Sequence record: KJ190158
Strand: one strand, 5' to 3'
DNA from: Escherichia phage FFH2
Length of the DNA stretch: 64,000 bases
Below are positions 37,408 to 47,424 of this stretch, piece after piece. The notes under the pieces were generated by a model. The model worked only from the letters and a program-made list of their open reading frames with translations. It did no database searches and was not told the origin of the DNA. The translations under genes and the position numbers were made by a program. Position 1 is the first letter of the stretch, and each line of letters begins with the position of its first letter.

Positions 37408-37694
37408 TGAAAGATCTGGTTAAGATTAAGATTAAAGATACCAATGGAGAACTCAGTCATTTTGGAATTAATGATGGTGACGAGCTGATCGCACACCTGC
37501 CTACCAAGGAGGTTGTAAGCAAAGCAGTTGCCGGAGAAGAAGCTGCAATGCAGGCTGCAGGTGTGGATGAAAACTATGTAGCTATGTGCATGTGCCGAGA
37601 TCAGGTTGTTCTGTATAAAGCGTATCGACCAAACGGAGCCACGGAGTGGCTTGTATTCCGACCCGAAGGATATGAAATCTTAGAGGCACTATGA
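37407..37694 (+). CDS. small acidic protein (95 aa)
   Basis: Overlapping start/stop. Confidence 0.4.
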   Translation: MKDLVKIKIKDTNGELSHFGINDGDELIAHLPTKEVVSKAVAGEEAAMQAAGVDENYVAMCMCRDQVVLYKAYRPNGATEWLVFRPEGYEILEAL

Positions 37695-37783
37695 TAAATC
37701 TTGCCAAGGTTGCAACGGCACTGTTAATTATTTGCTGGTCAGTAACCTTAACACTGTGTCTTGTATTTCAGTGAGGTGCTTGT

Positions 37784-38047
37784 ATGAACATCCTGATGTG
37801 GGTTATAGCAGTGGCGTTTGTTGCATGTTTTTGCTGCTGGGTTGCGGTGAGGATTTCTGTAGCTACCCTTCGGAAGTTGGGGTTCTCAGAATGGGATATT
37901 AATATCCTTTCTTTTCGCAATGAAACAATCTCAGCCGCCCTGCTTTGTAAGAAATTTAAGTGGGAACCTTGTGAGGTCATGAGCTATCTAAGAACAGGCG
38001 ATATCCCTGAAAGATTTAAAAAAGTTCTTGACGGCAAGGATAAATGA
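37784..38047 (+). CDS. small membrane protein (87 aa)
   Basis: N-terminal transmembrane helix. Confidence 0.35.
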   Translation: MNILMWVIAVAFVACFCCWVAVRISVATLRKLGFSEWDINILSFRNETISAALLCKKFKWEPCEVMSYLRTGDIPERFKKVLDGKDK

Positions 38048-38202
38048 CAGTATAGTGACTAACAAGAGGTGAGGGGTGACTGATTTTACTGAAGCTTTAA
38101 TGATGGCCTTGTCTGTTTTAGCGCTATCGGTGTGTTTTGGGGCGTTATTCACATCTCTGGTTAAAGTTTTACATACAGTATTATTACCCAAGGAGCGCAG
38201 TA

Positions 38203-38454
38203 ATGACGAAGATTGACTTGAATGCTGGTGATCATGTTGTTGTCAAATGCATTGGAGATTATCTTGGATTCACAATCGGCAATACTTACGAGGCGGTAGT
38301 GGCGAAGGTTTATCATGATAAAGTCCTCAGTCTTGTATTTGACTGTGATGATGACGGAGATGACCGTTACGTCTGTGAGGTGCTGGCTCGTGACGATAGT
38401 GAAGACCAGAAATTCCTGGTTATTGAACTGAACGGTATTTTTGTAGAACGTTAA
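38203..38454 (+). CDS. small acidic protein (83 aa)
   Basis: Start reassigned to ATG 38203 with AGGAG SD. Confidence 0.4.
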   Translation: MTKIDLNAGDHVVVKCIGDYLGFTIGNTYEAVVAKVYHDKVLSLVFDCDDDGDDRYVCEVLARDDSEDQKFLVIELNGIFVER

Positions 38455-38482
38455 TTTAAAACAACATAAGGAGACTCTTACT

Positions 38483-38788
38483 ATGGCTAAATCTAAAGTT
38501 GAACTGTTCACCTCTCTTCCTTCTGACACTGCAGAGCGTGATCGCCTTCGCAAAACAATCGAAGAACTGGTGGAACTCCAACTTCAGATTAAAGATCTGA
38601 AAGATGCCATTAAGGATATCATTCTCGTTGAGAAGCAGGATCACCTGTATTCTCCTAAATTCATCAAATCTCTGGTTGCTACCGAGTTTGATATTCGCTA
38701 TGAGGCTGAAAAACGTCGAGCTAAAATCGAAGAAGAGGTTGAGCACATGTCCGAGGCAGACATTCTGTTCAAACGCTCTGTAGAATAA
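38483..38788 (+). CDS. hypothetical coiled-coil protein (101 aa)
   Basis: ORF with AGGAGA SD. Confidence 0.4.
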   Translation: MAKSKVELFTSLPSDTAERDRLRKTIEELVELQLQIKDLKDAIKDIILVEKQDHLYSPKFIKSLVATEFDIRYEAEKRRAKIEEEVEHMSEADILFKRSVE

Positions 38789-38793
38789 TGACA

Positions 38794-38822
38794 AAGAGGG
38801 GGGCTTGGGCCCCTCTTTTTAC
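38794..38822 (+). terminator. intrinsic terminator (GAGGGGC ttgg GCCCCTC + TTTTT)
   Basis: Read directly. Confidence 0.6.
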
Positions 38823-38843
38823 TATCTATGGAGGAGATTTAAG

Positions 38844-39176
38844 ATGGGTATACCGATCACTGTAAAAGAATTGAATGAACGTGATGCAGGTGGTCTATGG
38901 CCTGCACGAAAAATACGCTGCATCCGTATGAAAGAGAACCTTGAGCATCTTGAGCAACAGAAACGGATTGAGGTTGGCGATATTTTCGAAGTATTTTATT
39001 CTGATCGCCGTAACTGGGAAACCATTCAACCTTCCGGTTTTGTTCTTGCTAAGCTTGACACTGGAGAAGTGATTGTTCCTGGGTTGGATATTGTCTTCGA
39101 AATTATACAGGAGTGGGATCCGGACAAGATTAGATACGAAGAGCTATTCGGTGAAGGTATTATCAAACCTGTGTGA
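38844..39176 (+). CDS. hypothetical protein (about 110 aa)
   Basis: Start reassigned to ATG 38844 with GGAGG SD. Confidence 0.4.
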   Translation: MGIPITVKELNERDAGGLWPARKIRCIRMKENLEHLEQQKRIEVGDIFEVFYSDRRNWETIQPSGFVLAKLDTGEVIVPGLDIVFEIIQEWDPDKIRYEELFGEGIIKPV

Positions 39177-39484
39177 GGTGGATTATGTCTACAAAGGCGG
39201 CTAAATACTCCTATATGCCATCAACCTCTGCAGAGGTAGACTTTAGTTTCGATGTGTTTCCACTGTTTGAGGTGGTTCTGGCATACCCAACAATACTATC
39301 TACTCCTGAATCACTTGTGCCTGTTAAGTTGCAGAACGCTATGCATTACATGCACTACAACAACAAATGTAGGCACAGATGGTGTCAGGACGAGGAAAAA
39401 GATTTGGATAGTTTGAGAGATTTTGACAGTCACCTTTTGACACCTTTCAGCTACTCCAACCTTGATAAGCCCTCGTGGGTATAG
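39173..39484 (+). CDS. hypothetical protein (103 aa)
   Basis: Overlapping start/stop. Confidence 0.35.
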   Translation: MRWIMSTKAAKYSYMPSTSAEVDFSFDVFPLFEVVLAYPTILSTPESLVPVKLQNAMHYMHYNNKCRHRWCQDEEKDLDSLRDFDSHLLTPFSYSNLDKPSWV

Positions 39485-39506
39485 CAAAATATCAAATTTA
39501 AGACAC

Positions 39507-39535
39507 CTAGGACGCTCTGTGGCGTCCTTTTCTTT
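39507..39535 (+). terminator. intrinsic terminator (GGACGC tctgtg GCGTCC + TTTTCTTT)
   Basis: Read directly. Confidence 0.6.
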
Positions 39536-39844
39536 ATCTGGTGCACGATTGCATACCTTGGGTAGTTAATCTCATTACAGAGCGTTTAAGAGCTCCCTAC
39601 AAACAACTCCATATTTCGAGCGTAGCGAGAACGCACGTCCGTTTTGACCCAAATCACCATACGCTCGGATTTTAACCAAACCCTCGCGGCGTTTCTGTGG
39701 ACACATTACCGATCCAGTGATAGTATCCACACATAGTTTGTAGAATATGGAGTACACAATGAGAACATTGTCCGAAGTTTTAGTGGTGATCCTGATGATC
39801 ATTACGTCCATAGCGGCTGTTGCCGGAATACTCACGGGTGGAAC

Positions 39845-40057
39845 ATGATCAACACACATGCATCTGAAGAGACATCCGAAGGAGTTACCATCTGTCCCTT
39901 GGCTGAGCCAGTGAAAGAGGAAAACTTCGATTCTGAAGATTATCCATCTCCGTCCCAGGTAGATCCTGAGGCTGATGACCTAACGTGGGAAGACATCGTA
40001 GATATCTGGTTCTCTATTATGCCTGAGCACGAAGAGTTCAGGGGTGGTAGACTATGA
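39845..40057 (+). CDS. small acidic protein (70 aa)
   Basis: Start overlaps (ATGA) the stop of a 33-aa hydrophobic mini-ORF at about 39749-39850. Confidence 0.35.
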   Translation: MINTHASEETSEGVTICPLAEPVKEENFDSEDYPSPSQVDPEADDLTWEDIVDIWFSIMPEHEEFRGGRL

Positions 40058-40176
40058 AGCACCGAGCCCACACAGGTTCCTCATACTAAAGCATGGCCTG
40101 AAGAGGCAAACGTGCATAATTCCTGCGCATTTGGACGTATAATCCTGTTCACACTCTCATTTCCAGAGGAGATTTT

Positions 40177-40392
40177 ATGAAGATAGAAATATTTGGTGGA
40201 GCTGACAACACTCGTGGCCTGATTTACCTTGAATTTGATGAATCATACCTGCCAGAGGTGTTAAATATAGACTCTGTTGCTGAGGCTTTGGGAGTAAACC
40301 CTAAAGAACTCCACTCTTGTGCTGAGATCGATGGTTGGGAAGAGACCATGAACATTGATTTCAGTGAAGTAGAGGATGAACCGCTGGACTGA
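40177..40392 (+). CDS. small acidic protein (71 aa; MKIEIFG N-terminus)
   Basis: GGAGA SD; last gene of the rightward block. Confidence 0.4.
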   Translation: MKIEIFGGADNTRGLIYLEFDESYLPEVLNIDSVAEALGVNPKELHSCAEIDGWEETMNIDFSEVEDEPLD

Positions 40393-42805
40393 CACACAAT
40401 TAGCTGCCCGGCTAAAGTGCTGGAAGCACCTATAACACATCTTTCAACTAAATTTCCTACCACCACAATCACTTACCTCCCACACATGACTGTTTGCTTG
40501 TTTAGTGAGCAGTCATGCCTTGACATTCTTGCCTATCCTGATAAAATTAAGTTCTTCTCTTTTCTTTTACCGAGTAATTCGGGTTTTCTGTTCTCTTCGG
40601 TTTGAAGGGGTATAGAGATACACCTGAGTGAACAGGGTGAACAACCGAACATTTGGCTATGGCATTAGCATGGCGAAGCGGACGGGTGACGAAAGAGGGG
40701 CCGGAGGACACCAGTCACTGCCATATGATATATGGGTGATAACCTGAAGAGTCTGAATAAGTGTTTAAGTACCAGTCAGAGGAAAAGGTGAATGGTAGCC
40801 GAAGGGGGAGGGGGGTTTCTTGTATCTTTAATTTGTATATTATGTATACACTTGTAAACCAATCTCATCTGAATTTGTTTACCACACAAAGTGGATAGGG
40901 ACAAATATTACCTATTAAACTTGAATTATTTATAGAAATACCACAACACCACTTAAGTCTTTGATTTTACACACAAATCCTACAGATATTCACCCTCCAT
41001 ATTTAACATACCTGTAACATATTCCATACCCTACCTGACCGATCAATTCACCCAACTACATCCCCATATTTTCCCTGTCTGTACTACCCCTGCCCCGCCG
41101 GGAGTCCCGTCATATCTGGCTTTCCAGCAAATATCACACCCACAAATATCATTGCCTGAAGAGGGTTTCATCCCATAATACATGCCTTACCTGAAGAGCG
41201 CTTCATACACCACGTAAATTTTTTAATTGACCCCCTCCCCGCCGCCGGAGAGGTTGGCTTTTCCCACACAGACCTGAAGAGTCAGCCAGAAATATCTGAA
41301 CAGGTCCAGCTATGCCACGATTTTGTGCTTGTCCTACAGGAGTGCCTCCCTGTCAGGAGCCGGTAGCGACTGGAGTGCTGCCAGGCGGACGAAATGGGAA
41401 TCATTCTCATTCTTATAACAATTCTCAAATATCGAGGCAGTGAGGCAAATTAATAGGTGAGGCCGTTCACACAATGGCACAACATTTGCAACCTATCTTG
41501 TGGGAGTGAATGAGAATACCTATCATTGTGAGAATAGTTATCATTACGGGCAATTTAACATAATACCCATTATGCGCACCACTGGCGATCCATACAGGGA
41601 TTGATAACATGGGTTACTGTTTACACACATAACAATTATATTTCTTACTATTTGTGTGGGATATAGTTAGCAGCCGATAGATTAGATATTGACCTGTAGA
41701 CTTCCAACCGTCCAGACGTCTAAACGCCCACACAACAAGGGTTATACATACACAACTGAATGTAAACAGGGCCGCAAAAATGCTACCATACAAGCTTGTA
41801 AATTTTTCATGCAGCACTTGACAAAGAGGAGGAAAACTTGTCTGACACTTTAGACACAATAGTGACATAATATGACATAATGGTGACACTGAACATAATT
41901 GACATGCCTGACTGTTTACATAGCTAACTATTCATACAGAAATGATAAGCCATGCCATTCGTTTGCATGATAATAATTAACTTGTTTACAATAGATGACA
42001 TAATATAAAAGCAGGGCAACTATTAGAAGATCTATAGTTGCCTTGCTTGTTATGTCATGATTAACTAAATACAAGGCAACTATGATCTGATTAATAGTTT
42101 GCAGACAAACTATCACGGGGGTGATGGTTACTGCTTTTATATTATGTCGCGACTCCGTCGCGCCATGCCATTCGTTTGCATAGTTGCCTTATTGTTACAG
42201 ATAAAATAATTGTATTGTTAATTATTTCTTATCTTTCTCTTAGTCATCTAATGATTCCAGTCAGTATAGTAATGTACAGTAAACATTAGACGACTAAAGA
42301 TTTCTCTGTTTATTATAACTTACCGTGACAATTTCAGGCTGTTTACGAAAAATGTTGACACCTGGGCCGATTTATGTTATGCAGTTTACACGAATAATTA
42401 TTTTATGCAGGTATTGACTATTCCGTTATTCTATGGTTGGAATAAATACTTAGCAGACTATAGAATGGTGAGCGTACGTAAATTCTGAGATCTGGCGGCT
42501 ATAGTTATACTCGATTTTTCACGTAGAACACGCTTTTGTTAGTGTGTAAGTGTATGACTTATAAAGATTTTTAGTTGTTGACAAGATATTGAAGATGTGC
42601 ATCAGGTTAAATTTTGTGCAATAGCGGCATTACGTGCAATTTTGAGAGAGAAAACGGGTAAAAATGGCCTTGCTATCACACAATGAAAAATTATGCAATA
42701 GTTATTTTACATGTATGTTTGTACAGTGTGTGGGATTGATGGCTAGTCAATTATTCCACTTGCCAGGCTGGGCCGTTTGTGGTAGGAGAAATACAGACAA
42801 AAAGA

Positions 42806-42830
42806 AAGGGGCCTTTTAAAGCCCCTGATA
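42806..42830 (-). terminator. intrinsic terminator for the leftward block (GGGGC tttaaaag GCCCC + T-run on minus strand)
   Basis: Read directly just downstream of the stop of ORF 42845..43264. Confidence 0.55.
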
Positions 42831-42844
42831 GTTTAGTTAAGAAA

Positions 42845-43264
42845 TTATAATGATTCGTATATTTCATAGATTCGATTTGCCAGGTCGTTACGGTAGCGGA
42901 ATTTTTCCTCACGTTTGATCATCAGATCTTTAAAGCCATATTCTTTAAGCACTTCATTAACTTTATGGCGGCATACCTTCATATTATCCTGTGCGTCACC
43001 AATAAACCTGTTGCTATGGTGCATGGCTTTAATTTCTTCTTCCAGGACCAGAGCAACTATGCGGACCGGATCAAGCTGATAGGCGGTAACATCCATGCGG
43101 CATTGTAAACGACTTTTTACGTCTGCCACCGGATATACTGCAACCTCTTCCCCGTCAACATTGACAATAATTAGTTTACCATCGATTTCGAATCCTTTCG
43201 CCGCCGGACCGTGACAAAAAGCGTTATCAAAGCTATATGCCGGATTATTAGATTTAATGTTCAT
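42845..43264 (-). CDS. hypothetical protein (139 aa)
   Basis: AAGAGG SD; promoter TTGACA-17-TATATT upstream. Confidence 0.45.
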   Translation of the reverse strand: MNIKSNNPAYSFDNAFCHGPAAKGFEIDGKLIIVNVDGEEVAVYPVADVKSRLQCRMDVTAYQLDPVRIVALVLEEEIKAMHHSNRFIGDAQDNMKVCRHKVNEVLKEYGFKDLMIKREEKFRYRNDLANRIYEIYESL

Positions 43265-43410
43265 GGTGTTTTTACCTCTTAGTTAATTTTCTTACAACTT
43301 CCCTTCAAAAAAGAATATAGCAAAACTGCCGATCCTTGTCAACCAAGGATAGCATAATTTTTATGTGATCAAGGGGCTTTATTGCCCCCCTGATCGTGCA
43401 ACTTGTTGTA

Positions 43411-43674
43411 TTATTTGTTGCTCATCCAGTTTTCCCAAGCTGCCTGATAATCTGCCTCACTGCGGCGGATCTCTTCTTGTTCTTCAAGCCGGATCTCTTC
43501 TTCCAGGTACCCCAGGATATCGGCTTTTTTGGTCTGGCGTAACATCCAATCATCTTTTTTACGAGTAAAGATCTTATAAGCTTTCTCGCAAACCTCTTTT
43601 TTGCTACCTTTTTGGACTTCAAGAACACGATAAGCCATATATTGAACTAGTTTGAGCTGGTCAAGACGTTTCAT
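43411..43674 (-). CDS. hypothetical protein (87 aa)
   Basis: Strong SD. Confidence 0.4.
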   Translation of the reverse strand: MKRLDQLKLVQYMAYRVLEVQKGSKKEVCEKAYKIFTRKKDDWMLRQTKKADILGYLEEEIRLEEQEEIRRSEADYQAAWENWMSNK

Positions 43675-43734
43675 AGTGTTTTCCTCTTTGTGCGGTTCTG
43701 ATTAGTGGGCCTTTTGGCCCGTGTCATTATCTTA

Positions 43735-44007
43735 TTACTTATGGCGGCAGAATTCAAGCGTTTTTAATTGATAATCTTCCTCAGCCTGGAGTACTACCGC
43801 CTCGATCATTTCGTTGGCATTGTTAAAGCCATAACCTTTAGCGAACTCATCCGCGCCACCTTCGTGATCATGTTCTGCGTTCATCGCTTCCACAAAATGG
43901 AATTCCAAATTGTTGAGGTAGGGGCTTGATGTTCCGTCCTCTTTTTCGATGAGATCCCAGATAGCATTAAAACGTGATTCGACTTCTTGATTAATCCAGC
44001 TTGACAT
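43735..44007 (-). CDS. hypothetical acidic protein (90 aa)
   Basis: Promoter TTGACA-17-TAACAT and 5' hairpin upstream. Confidence 0.4.
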   Translation of the reverse strand: MSSWINQEVESRFNAIWDLIEKEDGTSSPYLNNLEFHFVEAMNAEHDHEGGADEFAKGYGFNNANEMIEAVVLQAEEDYQLKTLEFCRHK

Positions 44008-44218
44008 AATGTTTTCCTCTCTTCTGGTTGTTGTGTGGGCACTTTTGCCCCTTCAAGATAAATGTTACCCCACCCCCTGGCAGATGTCAACGGTTTTTAT
44101 AGTTCTTATATGACAGGCAGGCCCGGTGATTGTCTCCCCCCGTCGCCAGGTGCCTGCCGTTGAATAAGTATAACAAAAAACAGGACCATTGCAAGCCCTG
44201 TTTTCTAGTCAATAAGGA

Positions 44219-44410
44219 TTATATTTTTTCGCCTATGTAGTCCGGTCGGTTTTTCTCTGTCATGCGCTTTAGCAATTCTTGCATGTTACTTATGGCTTGT
44301 AGTGTATCCCCTTCCAGGCTTGAATCAACATAATCAGGATCGTCTATGACCTTTCTATGATTATGATAACGCAGTACCGCTAATACCTTTCTAACTTGTT
44401 CGATATTCAT
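44219..44410 (-). CDS. hypothetical protein (63 aa)
   Basis: ORF followed by terminator-like hairpin. Confidence 0.35.
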   Translation of the reverse strand: MNIEQVRKVLAVLRYHNHRKVIDDPDYVDSSLEGDTLQAISNMQELLKRMTEKNRPDYIGEKI

Positions 44411-44559
44411 TTTTACCGCTCTTTAAAACAAGGTGCCAACCGTTTCCAATAGATCACTGACTACCAGGACAATACTGATCAGCACATACCTAACCATAAG
44501 GGGAAAGAGCGCCAGCGATCCCGCCACAATCCCCAAGGTGATGATTATCTTTCTCATGG

Positions 44560-44844
44560 TTAACGGTTTACGTAAGCTTTACCGTTTACGGTGATGGGCA
44601 GATCTTCCAGGTCTGGATCTTCCTTAAGGTCGCGAGCAAGCTCACCGCACCGGATACCCTCGAATCCGTAGTACTCTGTCGTGCCGTCCTGGAAAGTTTT
44701 AGCGGCAAGGCATAAGCGATAAGTAACCCCGATTTGATTGACGGCATGAATATCCGTTAGATTAACCTCTTTTGCCAGCTCTTTAGCCATTACAGGCGCA
44801 TTAAGTCCAACAACCAGGGCAACCACTGCGATCATCTTTTTCAT
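44560..44844 (-). CDS. secreted small protein with signal peptide (94 aa)
   Basis: N-terminus MKKMIAVVALVVGLNAPVMA. Confidence 0.45.
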   Translation of the reverse strand: MKKMIAVVALVVGLNAPVMAKELAKEVNLTDIHAVNQIGVTYRLCLAAKTFQDGTTEYYGFEGIRCGELARDLKEDPDLEDLPITVNGKAYVNR

Positions 44845-44935
44845 TGTGTCTATCCTCTTTCTGCTACGTTTAAGGCGGCGGTAACCGCCTGTTTATGCTT
44901 TGTTGGTTAATTTTCGGGTATCGGTATAAATTAAA

Positions 44936-45151
44936 CTATGCTGTACGCTCAACTATAACAACGGTTTGGGGGATCTCCCCTTCCACCACTAGTAAGGCCT
45001 TTTTCTGCGTGATAGATATCTTTACCCGTTGCAGCGTGGCGGTGAAGTCTTTCATTTCGTCACGTGGTGTTTTAGTGCAATGCCAGATTTCAGGCTTGCC
45101 GATCTGTAAGTTGCGTAAAAATTCTGTTTTTCCTGTTTTGTTAGTGATCAT
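44936..45151 (-). CDS. hypothetical protein (71 aa)
   Basis: Co-oriented ORF. Confidence 0.35.
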   Translation of the reverse strand: MITNKTGKTEFLRNLQIGKPEIWHCTKTPRDEMKDFTATLQRVKISITQKKALLVVEGEIPQTVVIVERTA

Positions 45152-45160
45152 TTGTCAACC

Positions 45161-45265
45161 TCACCCGATACCGTTGGAAGACAAGATCACATTAGCCATG
45201 GTTGCAATCAGGCCAATACCTAAGGCAATAACCAGGATCACAGCATCAATTAATTTTTGTTTCAT
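45161..45265 (-). CDS. small hydrophobic peptide (34 aa)
   Basis: Below cutoff; AGAGAATAAACACC-ATG SD context shared with neighbours. Confidence 0.3.
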   Translation of the reverse strand: MKQKLIDAVILVIALGIGLIATMANVILSSNGIG

Positions 45266-45342
45266 GGTGTTTATTCTCTTCTGTTAGTAACCTTATTCAT
45301 GGGGCCGTAGCAGCGGCCCCAGGGTAAGGCGGCTATATGCTT

Positions 45343-45588
45343 TTAGTGTTTCATTCCAACCATCGCGGCACGGATCGCCGTAGTGCTGTACTTGAAGCCG
45401 TCCGGGGTCTTATCTTGTCCGGTTAGCTCCAGAAAAAGCATCATATCCCGCGCCGCATCATTACGATTAGCATTGGCGTTAATAAAGCCTTGGGCCAACC
45501 GGTACAATGACTCATCGTTATTAATCCAAAGGCTTACATTCCAATGAGTTTTGTTTTTGTAACCGTTATAACCTTTATTGCTTTTCAT
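45343..45588 (-). CDS. hypothetical protein (81 aa)
   Basis: Strong SD (AAGAGGTAAACACC). Confidence 0.4.
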   Translation of the reverse strand: MKSNKGYNGYKNKTHWNVSLWINNDESLYRLAQGFINANANRNDAARDMMLFLELTGQDKTPDGFKYSTTAIRAAMVGMKH

Positions 45589-45679
45589 GGTGTTTACCTC
45601 TTCTTTGTTCCAGGTGGCGGATCATTCTACCACCTTATGTATTATGCTTTGTTAGATGGTTGTTTGTTGTCAAACTATT

Positions 45680-45859
45680 TTAACGATAATCATCATATGC
45701 TTTATTGACCTGGCGAATATAACATTCAAAAGCTAGATCAATAGATTTATATTCACGGATATATTCACCGTAGGAAACCACATACATTTCTATAGCTTCC
45801 TCATATGCGAGTAGAATAGAATCTAAGCCTACGATCTCAGTCTTTGCAATAATAGCCAT
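45680..45859 (-). CDS. small protein (59 aa), below ORF-track cutoff
   Basis: AAGAGGA SD; fills an otherwise empty 346-bp gap. Confidence 0.3.
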   Translation of the reverse strand: MAIIAKTEIVGLDSILLAYEEAIEMYVVSYGEYIREYKSIDLAFECYIRQVNKAYDDYR

Positions 45860-45934
45860 GATTTTTATCCTCTTTGTGGTTGGTGGGGCTTGTTGCCCCC
45901 TTTGATTTATATATTACAGTCTTATATGGTCATG

Positions 45935-46168
45935 TCAACTATTTTCAAAAAATTTTTCTGCTGTGATATTCTTCCCGGTAGGGTTCGCTACTTTCAAAAT
46001 TTTATCATGCACTGGACGCCCAAAAGAATAAGCGCCGTACACAGTAAACCAATAATCGCCGTCAGGTTGTACTATTACCGCCGCATATGGTACGCCTTTT
46101 TCGTTTTTGCTGACAAAATAGATCACATTGCCATTAATAGCCTCAGCGCGTTTAATTTGTTCCATCAT
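45935..46168 (-). CDS. hypothetical protein (77 aa)
   Basis: Strong SD. Confidence 0.4.
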   Translation of the reverse strand: MMEQIKRAEAINGNVIYFVSKNEKGVPYAAVIVQPDGDYWFTVYGAYSFGRPVHDKILKVANPTGKNITAEKFFENS

Positions 46169-46222
46169 GATGATTTACCTCTCTTTATTTTCATAATTGG
46201 GGCCTTTTCGGCCCCGCCAGGT

Positions 46223-46507
46223 TTATTTATTGATAGCGTGCAGTGGGAAAGGTACGCCAGGTTGATAAATAACCTTTACAACCTCATCAGGACAAAAGAA
46301 GTTGCAGAACTCACCGCAATATGCCTCATCCTCTTTCAACTCTTCATCAACATACTCAAAAAAGTAGTCGATGCTTGGATAATCCTGGCCGGGATTATAG
46401 TCAACCATCGTTAATAATAACTCTTGATCATTCCGTAGGATGTGCATACCCGCTTTTAAGTATTTTGCTTCCATTTCTACTACATCGCCAGCGGTAACAA
46501 TAGCCAT
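46223..46507 (-). CDS. hypothetical acidic protein (94 aa)
   Basis: ORF with GGAG SD. Confidence 0.4.
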   Translation of the reverse strand: MAIVTAGDVVEMEAKYLKAGMHILRNDQELLLTMVDYNPGQDYPSIDYFFEYVDEELKEDEAYCGEFCNFFCPDEVVKVIYQPGVPFPLHAINK

Positions 46508-46637
46508 GATTTTAACTCCTATCTATCTGGTCAACGATTGGGGGCCTCCCCCTCGACAACTCTTATTATCCATATTGTCGGGAATGATGCAAGTACTTCT
46601 TTAAAAATTTTTTAAGCGCCCCGTATGCCGTTGTAAC

Positions 46638-46673
46638 GCCAAAATAATAAAGGCCATGCGGTTGCATGGCCTT
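46638..46673 (-). terminator. intrinsic terminator (GGCCATGC aacc GCATGGCC + TTTATTATTTTGG on minus strand)
   Basis: Read directly. Confidence 0.6.
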
Positions 46674-46709
46674 TATGTGATTATATTGCTGCAGGCCCTG
46701 CTAGGGGCC

Positions 46710-47060
46710 TTATTTTGCATTCTTGCCTGTATTGCCGCCACGGTACCAGCGTCTGCGGTGAAAATGGTAATAATCACCCTCGGCATTAAACATCAGATGA
46801 TTTTCAATAACCAGCTTACGAAGGTAGGCCGGATCTTGTTCCATTCTTGCCAGATTCCAGCGGCTGTTACGTAAGCGTATAAATTCCATATTCAGGCCGT
46901 TGATTGCAGTATGGATGTCAAAGTAACCACCTTTGAGACGTTCACGCATGGCGTTAAGCTCAACACAATATACAGATTTCTCACAAATCAAGGTATTAGC
47001 TATGGCGCGGACCTGGGCAAGGGGGTTAAGCTCATTAAGGTAATATAGTTTTATTTTCAT
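46710..47060 (-). CDS. hypothetical protein (116 aa)
   Basis: Co-oriented ORF. Confidence 0.4.
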   Translation of the reverse strand: MKIKLYYLNELNPLAQVRAIANTLICEKSVYCVELNAMRERLKGGYFDIHTAINGLNMEFIRLRNSRWNLARMEQDPAYLRKLVIENHLMFNAEGDYYHFHRRRWYRGGNTGKNAK

Positions 47061-47077
47061 AAAATCACCTGCTGAAA

Positions 47078-47386
47078 TTAGTTTGAGAAAACATCGTTCA
47101 CAATAGCGATCACAATGCCGCCCACCTTGTCACGGTCAACAACGCACAAATCACCATAGATCATGCGGTAGTCTGGATGATCTTTCACAGAATAGTCAAT
47201 AAGTGTTTTCTTGTCGTCCAGCTTCGTAACTTCCATTCTCATAACGATATGAGAATCATCAAAGGCATTATTCCGAAAAGTCATAGCCTGACCGCCAGGG
47301 CACCCGGTGATCTCCACTTCCACACCATCTACGATCTGACCATCAAAGAAATAAAGATTATTAGCCTGGATAAACATGTCTATCAC
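47078..47386 (-). CDS. hypothetical protein (102 aa)
   Basis: Preceded by the conserved promoter-hairpin repeat. Confidence 0.4.
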   Translation of the reverse strand: MIDMFIQANNLYFFDGQIVDGVEVEITGCPGGQAMTFRNNAFDDSHIVMRMEVTKLDDKKTLIDYSVKDHPDYRMIYGDLCVVDRDKVGGIVIAIVNDVFSN

Positions 47387-47424
47387 TCCTTGTTAACTGC
47401 GTGGTCTTTTAACAGGGTTTAAAT

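Noticed and set aside
41614-42116. Two minus-strand ORFs (41614..41889, 41928..42116)
   Set aside because: No SD, Cys/Leu-rich low-complexity products, and they lie in direct and inverted repeats; judged spurious.
40393-42844. tRNA genes in the large non-coding region
   Set aside because: No segment with a recognisable T-arm (GTTCRANYC) plus acceptor-stem pairing was found by eye; cannot be fully excluded without a tRNA scan.
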